Shown: positions 1 through 9,153 of the stretch, one piece after another
Layout of the letters: the number at the start of each line of letters is the position of its first letter
Position numbering within the stretch: position 1 is the stretch's first letter
DNA from: Candidatus Poriferihabitaceae bacterium
GTDB taxonomy: Bacteria > Pseudomonadota > Gammaproteobacteria > Arenicellales > Poriferihabitantaceae
DNA length: 64,000 nucleotides
Assembly (NCBI GenBank): GCA_965208975.1
Contig: CBDBQH010000003.1
Span: forward strand, 1,348,792 to 1,412,791
Reading direction: 5' to 3'
Made by a program: the position numbers and the translations under genes
The notes under the pieces: generated by a model
The model's input: only the letters and a program-made list of their open reading frames with translations
Database searches by the model: none
What the model was told of the DNA's origin: nothing

Positions 1-180
1 CAAGTCAAATATGGTTGCGGATACGGCCTGGTCATCCGCAAGGACAAGAAGAAGATTCAGAACTTTCTGGCTGGTGTCGATTGGCGGAAGTACAGCAATC
101 TGGCAATGCACAACTGCTGTCATATCTCCATGTATCATATCCGCAACGCGCTGATTGATGCGGGTTTTTATGATGTGTGA
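1..180 (+). CDS. C-terminal 59 codons of an unidentified ORF entering from upstream of the window
   Basis: Frame 1 is open from nt 1 to TGA 178-180. The stop overlaps the ATG cluster (155/158/170/173) of the next ORF, suggesting a coupled gene pair. No motif recognised in the visible residues. Confidence 0.35.
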   Translation, partial: QVKYGCGYGLVIRKDKKKIQNFLAGVDWRKYSNLAMHNCCHISMYHIRNALIDAGFYDV

Positions 181-694
181 TCCACGGGAAATCTTATTGG
201 ACGTGCTGGCCGGCTATGCGGATTCTGACAAATGGACGAACGCTGAATTTGAGCATATCAAGCGAATATCCAACACGAAAGTGGGGGATGTCGGCCAGGA
301 CTTCATTGAACGGCTTTGCCGGTGTAAAGGCCTGGAGATACGCTTCCCCGGTTCTGGTGGGAAGCGGGCGCGTCAATCTCCCTGGGATGTCCAAATTGAA
401 TCAGTCCGGTTTGAATTGAAAACCGCTACCGAAGATATAGGCGGTAATTTCCAGTTTAACCATATCCGGTATCATCGGTCTTATGATGCGCTGATGTGTC
501 TGGGAATATCTCCAGGCAATATATCTGTGGGTTGCTGGACGAAAGCCCAGGTAACAACCGGACAAGCCGGTCGGTTGGTATCTATGGAAAAGGGCGCGAA
601 TGCGTCATACAAGCTGACAAAACGCCCGGAACAACTGCAACCCATTTCAGAATTTGAGAATCTGATTTTAGACCTTGTTACGAGGCCGGATTAA
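155..694 (+). CDS. hypothetical protein, possible PD-(D/E)XK (restriction-endonuclease-like) fold
   Basis: 179-aa ORF. Segment SPWDVQIESVRFELKTAT fits a D-x(n)-E-x-K nuclease core. No secure family assignment from sequence alone. Confidence 0.5.
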   Translation: MMRVFMMCDPREILLDVLAGYADSDKWTNAEFEHIKRISNTKVGDVGQDFIERLCRCKGLEIRFPGSGGKRARQSPWDVQIESVRFELKTATEDIGGNFQFNHIRYHRSYDALMCLGISPGNISVGCWTKAQVTTGQAGRLVSMEKGANASYKLTKRPEQLQPISEFENLILDLVTRPD

Positions 695-710
695 CGGATG
701 TGTCATGCTT

Positions 711-740
711 GTGCGACTTGAGCCGGTGCGACTTGAGCCG
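711..740. repeat. perfect tandem duplication of a 15-bp unit (gtgcgacttgagccg x2)
   Basis: Read directly: 711-725 equals 726-740. Lies immediately upstream of the candidate lysR promoter. Confidence 0.9.
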
Positions 741-741
741 G

Positions 742-770
742 TTGACTGGCTTCCCCGTATCAGGTAGCGT
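742..770 (+). promoter_or_regulatory. candidate sigma70 promoter of the LysR gene (TTGACT-N17-TAGCGT)
   Basis: TTGACT 742-747, 17-nt spacer, TAGCGT 765-770, about 50 nt upstream of ATG 821. Pattern match only. Confidence 0.3.
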
Positions 771-820
771 GTCAGTTAAATTAAATGGAGTTGGTTATTT
801 GAAATTGCGATAACAAATGA

Positions 821-1786
821 ATGCCGAACCCCAATCGACATATCCGGATAGCCCAGCGCGTTTCGACTCGTCTTAAACTCAAGCAGTTGCGTTTGCTGGT
901 ATCAATTGCCGAGCGCAATAGTATTCTTCACGCGGCTCGCCATCTGAACATTTCACAGCCAGCCGCGACCAAACTGATCAAGGACCTTGAGGCGGATTTT
1001 GGCGTTCAGTTGTTTGACAGGACCAATCGGGGGGTCGTGCCGACGGTGTTTGGCGAGGCCCTGGTCAAACATGGCAAGCTCATCCTCGCGCAAATTTCCC
1101 ATGCGGCCCAGGAGCTGGATGATCTCAATGACGGGAGCGGTGGTCGTGTTGCGGTGGGAACGTTGCTGGCGGCCTCCGCGGTTCTGCTGCCGCAAACGAT
1201 CAGCCGGCTGCACCAGCAACGACCGAACGTCATCATCTCCATTCGTGAAGGCACAAATGATGTACTCATGCCAGCATTACGCACGGGTGATCTGGATTTT
1301 GTTGTGGGGCGATTGCCGGAATACAGACATAGACAGGAATTGGTGCAAGAGCGTTTGTACGATGAGCGGGTCTGTATCGTCGCGCGTCCGAATCATCCGT
1401 TGGTTCACCAGAAGGAGACCTTTTTTGAACGGTTGTCCACTTTCGACTGGATCTTGCCGCCGCAAGACACAACCCTGCGAAGGCAGATCGACAAGGAATT
1501 TCTGGACAGGGATTTGGCGCCGCCCGTCGGGGCGGTCGAGTCCGTGTCATTTCTGACCAACAGGAATTTGCTCATCACCTCTGATTTCCTGGGCGCATTC
1601 CCGTTTCATGTGGTTGAGGAGGAAGTTCGCAATGGTCTGCTGGCGATTATCCCGTCCAGACTCAATCTTTCATCCGGACCGGTCGGAGTTTCTTATCGCC
1701 GACAAGGGGGGCTATCGCCAGCCGCCGCTATATTTCTCGAAATGCTCAGGGTCGTCTCAAAAGACCAGCCTGCCAGGCCGGAATAG
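821..1786 (+). CDS. LysR-family transcriptional regulator
   Basis: N-terminal HTH (LKQLRLLVSIAERNSILHAARHLNISQPAATKLIKDLEADFGVQLFDRTNRG) followed by a typical LysR substrate-binding domain length (321 aa). Confidence 0.9.
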   Translation: MPNPNRHIRIAQRVSTRLKLKQLRLLVSIAERNSILHAARHLNISQPAATKLIKDLEADFGVQLFDRTNRGVVPTVFGEALVKHGKLILAQISHAAQELDDLNDGSGGRVAVGTLLAASAVLLPQTISRLHQQRPNVIISIREGTNDVLMPALRTGDLDFVVGRLPEYRHRQELVQERLYDERVCIVARPNHPLVHQKETFFERLSTFDWILPPQDTTLRRQIDKEFLDRDLAPPVGAVESVSFLTNRNLLITSDFLGAFPFHVVEEEVRNGLLAIIPSRLNLSSGPVGVSYRRQGGLSPAAAIFLEMLRVVSKDQPARPE

Positions 1787-1871
1787 CTGTTTCCCCGGAC
1801 GAAAACTTCCGGTCTGTCTCCCGGTTACAACAAATTATATGGACAATACTTGTGGCGGGAAACAGTTTGCT

Positions 1872-1950
1872 GGCTATCTGAAATGATAATATCAAATTTG
1901 AATATTGATATTTTCATAGATACTGATAATTTTTCAGGTTATCCTGACAG
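1872..1950 (+). promoter_or_regulatory. conserved ~80-bp promoter/operator module, copy 1 (contains palindrome TCAAATTTGA 1892-1901 and -10-like TAATTT 1927-1932)
   Basis: Aligns colinearly with the reverse complement of 4390-4469. Sits 22 nt upstream of ATG 1972. Confidence 0.6.
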
Positions 1951-1971
1951 ACCCATCAAGAAACCTGTCCA

Positions 1972-2925
1972 ATGAAATACGCCAGGAACGAAGCAAAAGA
2001 ATATTCAAGAGAGAACATGAAGGGAATTTGGGCCGCGACGCTGAACCCGATGCTCCCGAACTATTCCATCGACGAGGACGGTCTGCGGCGGAACATCAAA
2101 CACTGGATCGACGACCTCAGGATTCAAGGCTTGTTTATCGCCGGCAAGCAGGGCGAATTTTTTTCGATGTCGCTGGCTGAGCGCAAACGCAATTTTGAAC
2201 TGGCGGTGGAAGCCTGCGACGGCCAGGCCGGTACGATCATGTCCTGTTCTGATCAGAACTTTGATACGGTGGTAGAGCTGGCCCGACACGCGCAGAATGT
2301 TGGCGCTGACTATATTGTGGTACACGCGCCGATCCTGCACTTCATCACGGACCGGGACGATACTGTCTACAATTATTACAAGGAGATTTGTGCCCGGGTT
2401 GATATTGGCATTGCGATGTGGAGCCACCCCGATTCCGGATATTTGATGAGCCCGGAGTTGTGTGCCCGCATTGCGGACCTGCCCAACATCATGGCAATAA
2501 AATATTCGGTTCCGCGTGACATGTACGCCAGATTGACCGAGCTGGCCGGAGATAAAATCCTGGTCAGTACCGCATCTGAAGACGAATGGTTTGACAATAT
2601 CACAGACCTGAACTGGCAGTTGTATCTTTGCTCCTCCCCTCCTTATCTGATTCAGACCAAAAACGATCTGCGGATGCACGAATATACAGAGCTTGCATTC
2701 GCCGGAGAAACCGGAAAGGCTCGCGCCATTCGTGACAGCCTGGAGCCGGTACGCAAGGCTCTGAAAAGTACCCGGCCTGGCGGCAAGCCTCAGGCTCACC
2801 AGAAATACTGGCAGGAACTGCTCGGTCAGGCGGGCGGGCCGGTACGCTCTCCCTTGCTTCAGTTGACAAAGGAGGAGAAGGCTGCAACAAAGGCGGCGTT
2901 CGACCTGTGCGGGCTAACGGGATAA
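1972..2925 (+). CDS. dihydrodipicolinate synthase/N-acetylneuraminate lyase family (class I aldolase/dehydratase) protein
   Basis: 317-aa ORF with DapA-family layout (GLFIAGKQGEFFSMSLAERK..., ADYIVVHAPIL, IMAIKYS with the Schiff-base Lys context). Substrate not inferable. Confidence 0.8.
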   Translation: MKYARNEAKEYSRENMKGIWAATLNPMLPNYSIDEDGLRRNIKHWIDDLRIQGLFIAGKQGEFFSMSLAERKRNFELAVEACDGQAGTIMSCSDQNFDTVVELARHAQNVGADYIVVHAPILHFITDRDDTVYNYYKEICARVDIGIAMWSHPDSGYLMSPELCARIADLPNIMAIKYSVPRDMYARLTELAGDKILVSTASEDEWFDNITDLNWQLYLCSSPPYLIQTKNDLRMHEYTELAFAGETGKARAIRDSLEPVRKALKSTRPGGKPQAHQKYWQELLGQAGGPVRSPLLQLTKEEKAATKAAFDLCGLTG

Positions 2926-4383
2926 CTACAACAGTTCCATACTGTGTGAGACGTTTTTCACCACGGTATAGTGCAACAAGCCCTCGTCACCGCCTTCACG
3001 ACCATAGCCGCTGGATTTGACACCGCCAAATGGCGTTTCGGGTACAGATGCCTCCAGAGTATTGATGGACAGATTTCCTGCCTCAACCCCATCTATCAGG
3101 CGGTCAACATTCGCTGCGGAATCGGTAAATGCGTAGGCCGACAATCCATACGGGACACTGTTCGCCTTGTCTATCCCCTGTTGCAGACTGGTGACCGAAT
3201 TCACGACCGCAATCGGCCCGAAGGGCTCTTCCCGCAGGATTAGCGCCTCATCCGGCACATCAGCCAGAACGGTCGGTTCAAAAAAGTAACCTTTCCCGGC
3301 TACTTTCGAACCGCCGAGAAGAAGTCTGGCGCCATGTTGCAAGGCATCGTCTACAAAGTTTTGCAGGGCCTCCAGTCTGCCGCCGTGGGCGACAGGCCCC
3401 ATTTCTGTGTCTTCCCTCATTCCATTTCCAACCTTTGTCGCCTTTGCGCGTTGAACAAAGCTCTCCGTGAAAGGATCAATCAGGTTTTCATGCACAAAAA
3501 ACCGTGTTGGTGAAGTGCAGACCTGGCCGGCATTTCTGAACTTGCGGACGGCAGAGGAAACTCCGGCGCGATGTGGGTCGGCGTCATCACAGACAATAAC
3601 GGGGGCGTGGCCGCCCAGCTCCATCAGAACCGGAGTCATGTATTCAGCCGCGAGCCGGGTGAGATGTTTGCCGACCATCGTGGAGCCGGTAAAAGCCACA
3701 AGGCGGATTTGATCCTTTGGGATAAGATAGCCTGAAATATCCGCCGGCTGTCCGAAGACCAGATTCAGGATGCCCGGAGGCAACCCGGCCTCCTCGAAAG
3801 CGCGCGCGATATGAACTGCGCCGGCCGGAGTTTCTTCGGCGGGCTTGAGTATAATTGAGCAGCCTGCCGCCAATGCGCCGGCAACCTTGCGCGCTGGCTG
3901 ACTCATCGGAAAATTCCAGGGCGAGAATGCGGCCACACTACCAATTGGCTGATGAACAACGATGTAGCGAATTCCCGGAGCGCTCGGGATCACCCGACCA
4001 TATAATCTTTGACCTTCCGCGGCGTCCCATTCGAAGAACTCACAACCACGGATCACCTCGAGTCTGGATTGTTTTATTGGTTTTCCAAGCTCCAGGGTGA
4101 TCGACCGGGCAATCTCCTCTTGTCGTTCACGCATAATTTGTGCGGCTTTCAAAATGATCCGGCTACGCTCCAGGGGTGGCGCGCGGCTCCAGATTTTGAA
4201 TCCCTCATGAGCCGCCGCAAGCGCGTCGTCCAAATCGGCCGCACCGGCAACAGGCAGCAAACCGACCGGCTTTTCATCCGCCGGGTTGAGTATTGGCAAG
4301 TGGTCCTTTGATTGCCGCCACTGGCCGTCAATGTACAGCTGGATTTCCGGGTATGTATTCATCAATAGACAACTCAAACTCAT
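2926..4383 (-). CDS. NAD(P)+-dependent aldehyde dehydrogenase
   Basis: 485 aa. ALDH motifs FTGSTMVGK, ELGGHAP and the catalytic Cys context RNAGQVCTSPTRFFV. Stop abuts the stop of the convergent 1972-2925 gene. Confidence 0.9.
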   Translation of the reverse strand: MSLSCLLMNTYPEIQLYIDGQWRQSKDHLPILNPADEKPVGLLPVAGAADLDDALAAAHEGFKIWSRAPPLERSRIILKAAQIMRERQEEIARSITLELGKPIKQSRLEVIRGCEFFEWDAAEGQRLYGRVIPSAPGIRYIVVHQPIGSVAAFSPWNFPMSQPARKVAGALAAGCSIILKPAEETPAGAVHIARAFEEAGLPPGILNLVFGQPADISGYLIPKDQIRLVAFTGSTMVGKHLTRLAAEYMTPVLMELGGHAPVIVCDDADPHRAGVSSAVRKFRNAGQVCTSPTRFFVHENLIDPFTESFVQRAKATKVGNGMREDTEMGPVAHGGRLEALQNFVDDALQHGARLLLGGSKVAGKGYFFEPTVLADVPDEALILREEPFGPIAVVNSVTSLQQGIDKANSVPYGLSAYAFTDSAANVDRLIDGVEAGNLSINTLEASVPETPFGGVKSSGYGREGGDEGLLHYTVVKNVSHSMELL

Positions 4384-4389
4384 GATTTG

Positions 4390-4469
4390 TCATTCAGGAT
4401 AACCTGAAACATTATTGGTATCCATGCAAATACGAATATTCAAATTTGATATTGTTATTTTAGATAACC
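4390..4469 (-). promoter_or_regulatory. conserved ~80-bp promoter/operator module, copy 2 (palindrome TCAAATTTGA 4440-4449)
   Basis: Reverse complement aligns with 1872-1950. Lies just upstream of the aldehyde dehydrogenase start (4383, minus) in the divergent intergenic region shared with the 4562 gene. Confidence 0.6.
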
Positions 4470-4561
4470 AGGGAACTATTTTGCTGTCAGAATAGTGGCC
4501 TGATGAACCTGGCCCGTAACCGGAAGAGTTTTCAACAACCATAGCAACCGCACTGGACACC

Positions 4562-5359
4562 ATGATGGACATACTGATGATCGGCTACGGAGCCATCGGC
4601 CGATACGTTGCAAAACATCTGGCCGACCACTGTGATGCGCGTATTCGATGGGTGCTTTGCCGCCCGGGCCGAAACGCCTGCGTCACCGACCAACTGGGTC
4701 GTGATGTGATTCCCGTCAATAGTCCGGATCAAATCAACGAGCAGATTGGGTTGGCGCTGGAATGCGCCGGACAGGATGCGCTCGCAGAACACGGCCCGGG
4801 CATCCTGGAGCGTGGCATTGACTTGCTGGCTGTTTCGAGCGGCGCTCTGGCCGATGACGCCGTGGCGGCCAGGCTGGAAGAGGGGGCGCAGTCCGGGGGA
4901 GCGAGGCTGCAGATCGTTTCCGGCGCCGTCGGCGCGATTGACGCGCTCTCCGCGGCAAAGATCGGCAGGCTGCAACGCCTGACCTATCGCGGCGCCAAGC
5001 CGCCGCAAAGCTGGCTTGGATCGCATGCGGAAAACGTAGTAGACCTCCGTGATGTCCGTGAACCGGTATGTCATTTCAAGGGTTCAGCGCGCGATGCGGC
5101 GCGACTTTATCCCAAAAATGCCAACATTGCCGCTTCCATCGCTTTGGCTGGACCCGGAATGGATGCGACCCGTGTAGAATTGATTGCTGATCCCGGGATT
5201 TCGTCGAACCGGCATGAATTGGAAGTAGAAGGCGATTTTGGACGTTTCAGCTTCAGGATAGAAGGCAATCCTCTTCCTGACAATCCCCGATCATCCGCAT
5301 TGACCGCCATGAGTATTGTCCGTGCAATTTGCAATCGACAGGCCAAAATTTTTATATGA
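4562..5359 (+). CDS. L-aspartate dehydrogenase family protein (NadX-like)
   Basis: 265 aa. N-terminal Rossmann IGYGAIG, conserved GAVGAIDALSAA and ARLYPKNANIAAS blocks typical of bacterial aspartate dehydrogenases. Confidence 0.75.
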   Translation: MMDILMIGYGAIGRYVAKHLADHCDARIRWVLCRPGRNACVTDQLGRDVIPVNSPDQINEQIGLALECAGQDALAEHGPGILERGIDLLAVSSGALADDAVAARLEEGAQSGGARLQIVSGAVGAIDALSAAKIGRLQRLTYRGAKPPQSWLGSHAENVVDLRDVREPVCHFKGSARDAARLYPKNANIAASIALAGPGMDATRVELIADPGISSNRHELEVEGDFGRFSFRIEGNPLPDNPRSSALTAMSIVRAICNRQAKIFI

Positions 5360-5427
5360 TACAAGGCCGACAAGCGTTTTCGTTGTCTGCTATCGCATTT
5401 CCAAATAGCCAATTCTATTTAATTCAA

Positions 5428-5456
5428 TTGACACATTACCTGCCAGGGTCTAGCGT
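5428..5456 (+). promoter_or_regulatory. candidate sigma70 promoter (TTGACA-N17-TAGCGT) for the 3-HAO/TRAP operon
   Basis: Perfect -35 TTGACA 5428-5433, 17-nt spacer, TAGCGT 5451-5456. Same -10 hexamer as the candidate lysR promoter. Confidence 0.4.
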
Positions 5457-5469
5457 CATACGGACAAGT

Positions 5470-5508
5470 ACCATCAATAGCCAAAACGAGACCATGCGTA
5501 TTGATGGT
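5470..5508 (+). promoter_or_regulatory. 10-bp perfect inverted repeat (ACCATCAATA-N19-TATTGATGGT) in the leader of the 5531 gene
   Basis: Arms at 5470-5479 and 5499-5508 are exact reverse complements. Lies between the candidate promoter and ATG 5531. Could be an operator or an RNA hairpin. Confidence 0.5.
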
Positions 5509-5530
5509 CGGTTAACGGAGTATCAGACTG

Positions 5531-6085
5531 ATGAATGAACATCCTGGATTCAAGCCTTTTAATTTTCAGGCCTGGATTGACGACAACAGACATTTTTTGA
5601 AGCCTCCGGTGAGCAACAAACAATTGTTTGATGAGAAGACCGGCATGGTGGTGATGATTGTGGGTGGCCCCAATATGCGGGTTGATTTCCATGATGACCC
5701 GGTGGAGGAATTTTTCTACCAGATGAAAGGCGATATGATTCTCAAGATAGCGGAGAACGGACAGATTTTTGATGTCCCGATCCATGAAGGCGAAGTGTTC
5801 CTGTTGCCGCCGCACACGCGCCATTCACCGCAACGCCCGGTAGAAGGTTCGGTTGGGTTAGTGGTCGAAGGAACCCGACGGGAAGATGATCGCGACGGCT
5901 TTGAATGGTTCTGTTTCAGCTGTGGCGACAAGGTTCACCGGGTCGAGGTGAAAGTTACCGATATCGTGAAAGATCTGCCGCCCCTGTTCTCGGCATTTTA
6001 TGATAGCCGGGAACACAGAACCTGCGGCCACTGCGGTGTTGTTCATCCGGGCAAAGAGCCGCCGGAAGGCTGGGTCAGCATTTGA
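5531..6085 (+). CDS. 3-hydroxyanthranilate 3,4-dioxygenase (cupin)
   Basis: 184 aa. N-terminus FNFQAWIDDNRHFLKPPVSNKQLF, cupin metal ligands in VDFHDDPVEEFFYQMKGDM and PPHTRHSPQR, C-terminal Cys4 site (CFSCG...CGHCG) as in bacterial 3-HAO. Confidence 0.8.
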   Translation: MNEHPGFKPFNFQAWIDDNRHFLKPPVSNKQLFDEKTGMVVMIVGGPNMRVDFHDDPVEEFFYQMKGDMILKIAENGQIFDVPIHEGEVFLLPPHTRHSPQRPVEGSVGLVVEGTRREDDRDGFEWFCFSCGDKVHRVEVKVTDIVKDLPPLFSAFYDSREHRTCGHCGVVHPGKEPPEGWVSI

Positions 6086-6116
6086 GGATGAGCATAGCGG
6101 CAATAACCAACCATAA

Positions 6117-7118
<1,002 letters not shown>

Positions 7119-7146
7119 CGACTCCCTGATGCTGTTAAAATCGGGT

Positions 7147-7183
7147 GGCCATCCGGGTGTCGATCCGGATGGCCTTCTTTTTG
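7147..7183 (+). terminator. rho-independent terminator/attenuator between dctP and dctQ
   Basis: 10-bp perfect stem GGCCATCCGG (7147-7156) / CCGGATGGCC (7165-7174), 8-nt loop, then TTCTTTTTG. Confidence 0.7.
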
Positions 7184-7184
7184 T

Positions 7185-7754
7185 ATGAGGAATCGCATGC
7201 TGTCACATATCCGGATGGTCTCGTCGGCCATTCTGCGAATTGAAAAGTACCTGCTGATTGTTTTGGCCGGATCGGTAACCGGCCTGATTCTGTTGAACGT
7301 CGTAACCCGGTCTCTCAGCATGTCCATTTTCTGGGTCGACGAACTGGCCATCTATGCCATGATCTGGATGATGATGGTGGGAGCATCGGTCAAGATTCGC
7401 ATGCGTAAAGGCATCGCGGTAACCCTCGCGCAGAACTATCTGAGCGAGCGCGTCGCCGCTCCTCTCAGGATTGCCGTTGATGTGGTTATCTTCCTTTTTT
7501 CAATCACTCTCGTTGTGTTGTGCTGGCTCTGGTTTGACCCGCTTCAACTCGCGACAGTCGGGTTTGACATCCAGTTATTCGCGGCGAAATCCTTCAATTT
7601 TATCTATCAGGAGCCAACCAACACGATCGGGATTCCAAAGTTTCTGGTGTGGTTGATCATGCCCTTCGTGGCGTTGACCATGACTCTCCATTCAAGCGTC
7701 AATCTGCTGGAAAGATTGTCCGGTCACAGCATAACCATTCCGGGGATTGAATAA
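7185..7754 (+). CDS. dctQ: TRAP transporter small permease (DctQ family)
   Basis: 189-aa hydrophobic 4-TM-type protein between dctP and dctM. The exact start is uncertain; several in-frame ATGs lie at 7185-7220. Confidence 0.8.
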   Translation: MRNRMLSHIRMVSSAILRIEKYLLIVLAGSVTGLILLNVVTRSLSMSIFWVDELAIYAMIWMMMVGASVKIRMRKGIAVTLAQNYLSERVAAPLRIAVDVVIFLFSITLVVLCWLWFDPLQLATVGFDIQLFAAKSFNFIYQEPTNTIGIPKFLVWLIMPFVALTMTLHSSVNLLERLSGHSITIPGIE

Positions 7755-7756
7755 AG

Positions 7757-9019
7757 ATGGTGCCCACGGTTTTCATGGTCTTGCTGCTCGCCGGTGTCCC
7801 AATCGCACTGGTTTTGGCAGTCTCCGCCCTGTTTTACATTCTGTATTCCGGACAAACTGTTCTGTTGCAATCCTATACACAACAGTTGTTTTCCGGGGTG
7901 GAAAGCTACGGGCTGCTGGCCATTCCGTTGTTCATGCTGGCTGGCGAGCTGATGAACGAAGGGGGTATCACACGGCGTCTGATTGAGTTCGCAAGCGTGT
8001 TTGTCGGACGTGTGAAAGGTGGGCTGGCTTACATCAACCTGCTGGTCAATATGATGATGGCATCCATCATCGGCTCGGCCGCTGCCCAAATTGCCATCAT
8101 GTCAAGAGCAATGGTTCCCCAAATGGAGCGCAAGGGGTATGACCGATCTTTCGCTGCGGCGACCACGGCGGCCGGCGGTCTCCTGTCGCCGATCATTCCA
8201 CCGTCGATGCTGTTCGTGATTTACGGTGTGCTCGCCCAGATTGCCATTGGTGACCTGTTCATCGCCGGCATCATCCCCGGCCTGATTATGGCGTTTGGCT
8301 TTTTTGTGGTAATTGCCTTTATCGGCATGAAATCCGACCTTCCCGCGGGAGAAGCCGTCTCTTTGCAACAGAAGCGCGTGGCGCTGACAATGGGCGCTCC
8401 AACCCTGCTGATTCCGCTGGTCATCGTGGGTGGCATTCTGGCAGGTATCGCGACACCGACTGAATCCGCCGCGGTTGCATCCGTTGCCGCGTTCATTCTT
8501 GGCAAATTCGTCTATCGGGAACTTGAAATATCGCGCCTGTCCACAATTTTGCTGCGTACCGCGATCAATACATCCATCGTTGTGTTCATTGTAGCCACAG
8601 CCAATCTGTTCGGGTGGATAATCATTTATGAGCAGGTTCCGCAAAACCTTGCGCTCCAGCTGGTCGCTCTGACCCAAAACCCACTGGTTTTCCTGCTTTT
8701 GGTCAATCTGTGCCTGTTGTTCGTCGGTATGATCCTGGATGGCATTGCCGCGCTGATTCTGGTGGTTCCGATCCTGTTGCCGATCGCACAGCAGAGCTAC
8801 GGCATTGATCCATTTCATTTCGGCGTGATCATCTGTATCAATCTGGTTCTGGGCCTGCTTACCCCTCCGGTTGGTTCCGGATTATTCGTCACCACGGCAA
8901 TGACCGGAGTCAAACCAGGAGACCTCTTCCGGGCGCTATTGCCATTTCTTGCCGCTACACTGGCTGTGCTCGCGCTCCTTTGCTGGCAGCCCTGGCTGGT
9001 AACGATACTGATTGAATAG
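7757..9019 (+). CDS. dctM: TRAP transporter large permease (DctM family)
   Basis: 420-aa polytopic membrane protein with DctM-like N-terminus (LLLAGVPIALVLAVSAL...) starting 3 nt after dctQ. Confidence 0.9.
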   Translation: MVPTVFMVLLLAGVPIALVLAVSALFYILYSGQTVLLQSYTQQLFSGVESYGLLAIPLFMLAGELMNEGGITRRLIEFASVFVGRVKGGLAYINLLVNMMMASIIGSAAAQIAIMSRAMVPQMERKGYDRSFAAATTAAGGLLSPIIPPSMLFVIYGVLAQIAIGDLFIAGIIPGLIMAFGFFVVIAFIGMKSDLPAGEAVSLQQKRVALTMGAPTLLIPLVIVGGILAGIATPTESAAVASVAAFILGKFVYRELEISRLSTILLRTAINTSIVVFIVATANLFGWIIIYEQVPQNLALQLVALTQNPLVFLLLVNLCLLFVGMILDGIAALILVVPILLPIAQQSYGIDPFHFGVIICINLVLGLLTPPVGSGLFVTTAMTGVKPGDLFRALLPFLAATLAVLALLCWQPWLVTILIE

Positions 9020-9153
9020 GCTGACTCAGGGCAGTCCCAATCCCGCGATAGGCGAATAGTAAGAGTATACCCTATAAAGTATCCCGGACAGCATAGTGAC
9101 ACACGGCCAAAAATCTGGTATATAGCGAATAAGTTAAATCGGAGAAACATACA

